A DNA stretch of 61,908 nt, filler included, from Nitrospinota bacterium (GTDB lineage: Bacteria; JAUXIQ01), in NCBI GenBank assembly GCA_030620925.1. It is 10 parts of 10 records of this genome, joined end to end, with 100 filler letters (N's around TTAATTAATTAA, not from the genome) between each part and the next. Parts side by side here need not be neighbours in the genome. Positions count along the whole stretch, not along the records: positions 58,125 to 61,908 come from JAUXIQ010000283.1; 9 more parts are not named here. One strand, 5' to 3'. Of this stretch, positions 59,042-61,908 are shown piece after piece. Below the pieces are notes generated by a model that saw only the letters and a list, made by a program, of their open reading frames with translations, was not told the DNA's origin and searched no databases. Every line of letters begins with the position of its first letter. Position 1 is the first letter of the stretch. Made by a program: the position numbers and the translations under genes.

Positions 59042-60397
59042 CTAACCCTTCCGGCTGCGCTTCATCCTGACAGCGAAAAAACCGTCTAAATCTTCTCTAT
59101 GAGGAAAGGTGAAGAAAAAGCCTTCGGGAGTAACCAATTTTCTTGCCTCCGGAGGCAAGAAGTCCCCTGCGGCTTCCACCCGGAATTCCGGGTGTGTGGA
59201 TAAAAAGCTTTTTACTACATCCTGGTTTTCTTCAGGTTCCACGGTGCAGGTGCTGTAAACCATTACACCCTCCGGTTTGACATGGCGGCACGCGTTTTCC
59301 AGTATCTCCAGCTGAAGTGCCTGGAGGCGAACAAGGTCTTCTTTTTTCCTCCTCCACTTTATTTCCGGATGTCTATGCAGCACCCCCAGGTCTGAACAGG
59401 GGGCGTCGACTAATACGGCATCGAAAAATCCGGTTAGTTTCAATTCCACCGAAGAATCGATAACCACAGGATATATTATATCTATTCCCAACCGCTGACA
59501 ATTTCCCATCAGCATGGATAGGCGACGATGGTTAATATCCAGGGCTACAACCAGTCCGCGGTTGCGCATGGCTTCAGCTGCGAACGAGGCTTTGCCTCCC
59601 AGGCCCGCACAGCAGTCCAAAACTCTCATCCCTTCCAGGGGAGTAAGCAGTTGTGCGGCCAGCATAGAGGCTTCGTCTTGTACCTGGAGGCAGCCCCTCT
59701 GAAAAGCATCCAGTTCAGCCGGTGCACCGCATCCATATATCTTCATGCCCATTCCCGCATATTTGCAGGGGACAACCTTTACCCCTTCAACCTCCAGGTC
59801 TTCTGCAAGTTCGTTCGGCGTAGTCCGCAGCCTGTTGGCTCTGACTGTGAGTGGTGGAATTTGGTTATTGGCTTCGCAGATAGCCATGGTCTCATCCACC
59901 CCGTACTTAGCTATCCACCTTTCGACCAGCCACTCCGGATGAGAATAGTTGACGGCTACATATTTAAGAGCCGACCCGGAGAGCGAGGGATATTTGATAT
60001 TATCCCTCGCTCTGCTGATGCTTCGTAGGACCCCGTTAACCAGGGCGGCGATTCCCCTGTGGCCGTAGCGATGAGCCAGTTTTACACATTCGTCCAGAGC
60101 GGCCCACGGCGGGACCCTGTCGAGAAAAAGTAACTGGTACGCCCCCATTCTTAAGATGTTCAGTATTCTGGGGTTGAGCTTTTCCAGTTCGCCCTTGTAG
60201 AACTGTCTCAGGATATGGTCTAATTTCAGCCGCCATCTCAAGACTCCGTAGCACAACTCCATGGCCAGAGCTTTTTCTCGAAAATCCTCCTCTATCGCTT
60301 GCTGTTCGCGATGTAAAGTGATATCCGCTTTGTACCCTTCAGTTTCTACCTTGTAGAGCGTTTCTAAAGCCACAGTACGGGCTGTTTTCTCTGCCAT
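59042..60397 (-). CDS. rsmB: 16S rRNA m5C967 methyltransferase
   Basis: NusB-like N-terminus; YSHPEWL, VQDEASM, DAPCS.LG and YSTCT...EEN motifs. Confidence 0.95.
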   Translation of the reverse strand: MAEKTARTVALETLYKVETEGYKADITLHREQQAIEEDFREKALAMELCYGVLRWRLKLDHILRQFYKGELEKLNPRILNILRMGAYQLLFLDRVPPWAALDECVKLAHRYGHRGIAALVNGVLRSISRARDNIKYPSLSGSALKYVAVNYSHPEWLVERWIAKYGVDETMAICEANNQIPPLTVRANRLRTTPNELAEDLEVEGVKVVPCKYAGMGMKIYGCGAPAELDAFQRGCLQVQDEASMLAAQLLTPLEGMRVLDCCAGLGGKASFAAEAMRNRGLVVALDINHRRLSMLMGNCQRLGIDIIYPVVIDSSVELKLTGFFDAVLVDAPCSDLGVLHRHPEIKWRRKKEDLVRLQALQLEILENACRHVKPEGVMVYSTCTVEPEENQDVVKSFLSTHPEFRVEAAGDFLPPEARKLVTPEGFFFTFPHREDLDGFFAVRMKRSRKG

Positions 60398-60424
60398 GTC
60401 GGGCTGTATCCAGGTTATGCGTCA

Positions 60425-61354
60425 CTATTTGAAGCGGGTTCCCGGTTTGAGAACATTTCCTTGAATGAAATCGTTCACCGGCATCCGCTTACGGTTTTCC
60501 AGTTGCACCTCCTTGATGCGCAGCCTCCCCTTTCCCGTTTGCACCAACAGCCCTTCTTTATCTATTTCTATGATGGTCCCCGGTTCCGGGCCCAGGTTTC
60601 CGTCCACTGGCTCTGTTTTCCAAATTTTGATCGTTTGACCCTGATAGCGGGTGAAGGCGCCGGGCCAGGGGTTTGTCCCCCGCACCAGGTTGTGAATTTC
60701 CCGGCAACTCTTGTACCAGTCTATATCGGCGATTTCTTTTGTTAATTTCGGTGCAAAGGTAGCAGCGGTATGGTCTTGAGGAATCGGTGAAAGCCGGCCT
60801 TCCTCTATCCCTTCCAGGGTTCTGGCCAACAGCTCGGCGGCCATTGGAGCCATTTTTTCGGAGAGGGTCTCAGCAGTATCGTTTGGTTCTATAGGAGCCT
60901 CTTCCTGAAGGAGAATGTCCCCTGCGTCCATCTCGCTGTTCATGAGCATCGTGGTGTTGCCGGTTACCGTGTCTCCGTTTATGACTGCCCAGTTCATGGG
61001 AGCGGCGCCTCTGTAGCTGGGGAGAAGAGAGGTATGGACATTGATTGCCCCGTATTCTGGAATTTTAAGGAGGTCGTCGGGCAGCAATTGTCCATAAGAG
61101 ACAACGCAGATAGCCCCTGGCTCCAGGGCTTTAACCTCCTGAACGAATCCTTCATCCCTTGCCTTTTGAGGTTGGAGCACTAGCAACCCCCACTTCAACG
61201 CGACCTCTTTAACCGGAGGGGGTATTATTTTACGACCCCTCCCTTTAGGCTTGTCCGGTTGAGTAACCACTCCTACAACATCATGCTTCTTATCCAGGAG
61301 TATTTTCAGGGAAGGAACCGCAAATTGCGGTGTCCCCATGAACACGATTTTCAT
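60425..61354 (-). CDS. fmt: Methionyl-tRNA formyltransferase
   Basis: FMGTP.FA, VVTQPDKP.GRG, NVH.SLLP.YRGAAP and MDAGD motifs. Confidence 0.97.
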   Translation of the reverse strand: MKIVFMGTPQFAVPSLKILLDKKHDVVGVVTQPDKPKGRGRKIIPPPVKEVALKWGLLVLQPQKARDEGFVQEVKALEPGAICVVSYGQLLPDDLLKIPEYGAINVHTSLLPSYRGAAPMNWAVINGDTVTGNTTMLMNSEMDAGDILLQEEAPIEPNDTAETLSEKMAPMAAELLARTLEGIEEGRLSPIPQDHTAATFAPKLTKEIADIDWYKSCREIHNLVRGTNPWPGAFTRYQGQTIKIWKTEPVDGNLGPEPGTIIEIDKEGLLVQTGKGRLRIKEVQLENRKRMPVNDFIQGNVLKPGTRFK

Positions 61355-61398
61355 TTTTCTGCCGGGCCATTCGGGCCATTATATATCAGAAAAGTGGA

Positions 61399-61908
61399 TT
61401 AATCGGTCTCCATCTCAGACTTCATCTTTTTATATTCTCTTTTCAGCTGCTCTTTCTTTATCTTTCCCAGTCTATCCCAGTAGAGCGAACCGTTAAGATG
61501 GTCGATTTCGTGCTGAAAGACCCGCGCCATGAGACCTTCAGCTTCTATTTCCACCTCCTCTCCCTGGAGGTTGATTCCGCTGATCGTTACTTTCTCAAAC
61601 CTTTCCAACTCGGCCGCCACCCACGGCACGCTCAGACACCCCTCCTCCATCAGGGAGCTGCCTGATTGTGAAACTATTTCCGGATTAAGCAGAACTAAAA
61701 CTGCATCGGGGTCTTCACCAACCGAGGTATCGATTACAATAACTTGTAATGAAATCCCGATCTGAGGAGCAGCCAGTCCCACGCCAGGGGCTGAATGCAT
61801 GGTTTCTATCATGTCATCGACCAGGTGTCTCATTTCTCCATCTATCTCTGTTACAGGTTCGGCTTTTTTCCTGAGAACGGTCTCGGGAAATCTTTTAATC
61901 TCTCTAAC
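61399..61908 (-). CDS. def: Peptide deformylase (start lies just beyond the window end)
   Basis: GVGLAAPQIG, EGCLS and QHEIDHL motifs; frame open to the window edge (LEIKRFPETVLRKKA...). Confidence 0.96.
   Translation of the reverse strand, partial: VREIKRFPETVLRKKAEPVTEIDGEMRHLVDDMIETMHSAPGVGLAAPQIGISLQVIVIDTSVGEDPDAVLVLLNPEIVSQSGSSLMEEGCLSVPWVAAELERFEKVTISGINLQGEEVEIEAEGLMARVFQHEIDHLNGSLYWDRLGKIKKEQLKREYKKMKSEMETD

Overview
This window is not continuous DNA. It is ten assembly contigs of a bacterial draft genome or MAG, joined by nine artificial 100-nt N(44)-TTAATTAATTAA-N(44) spacers. Gene content and order (yebC-ruvCAB-DUF2905-queA; pdxJ-nnr-tsaE-lptC-lptA-rpoN-hpf-metK-ahcY; def-fmt-rsmB-PASTA; System II cytochrome c biogenesis) suggest a diderm, probably anaerobic organism of the Desulfobacterota/Nitrospinota-like grade (inference). 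It carries many molybdo-hydroxylases, including an hcrCAB-like cluster, two 2-oxoacid:ferredoxin oxidoreductase loci and several EthD/hydrolase catabolic genes. The strongest signal is a PadI/PorB-like beta subunit (57422-58024) with an in-frame TGA exactly at the conserved Fe-S-ligating Cys (PPS-U-VP), followed by SECIS-like hairpins: a candidate selenoprotein missed by the ORF track. Other highlights: an in-frame amber codon in thiD; a promoter-antiterminator-terminator leader before a 60-aa Cys-rich protein; a ~400-bp non-coding module repeated on two contigs with base-exact spacing of direct repeats and IHF-like sites; nested and invertible mini-palindromes inside REP-like repeats; the 3' end of a large (Bacillus-type) SRP RNA; lptB missing from its usual position; and a secreted alpha/beta-hydrolase whose nucleophile Ser is Ala. 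Family assignments come from motif recognition only; no searches were run.
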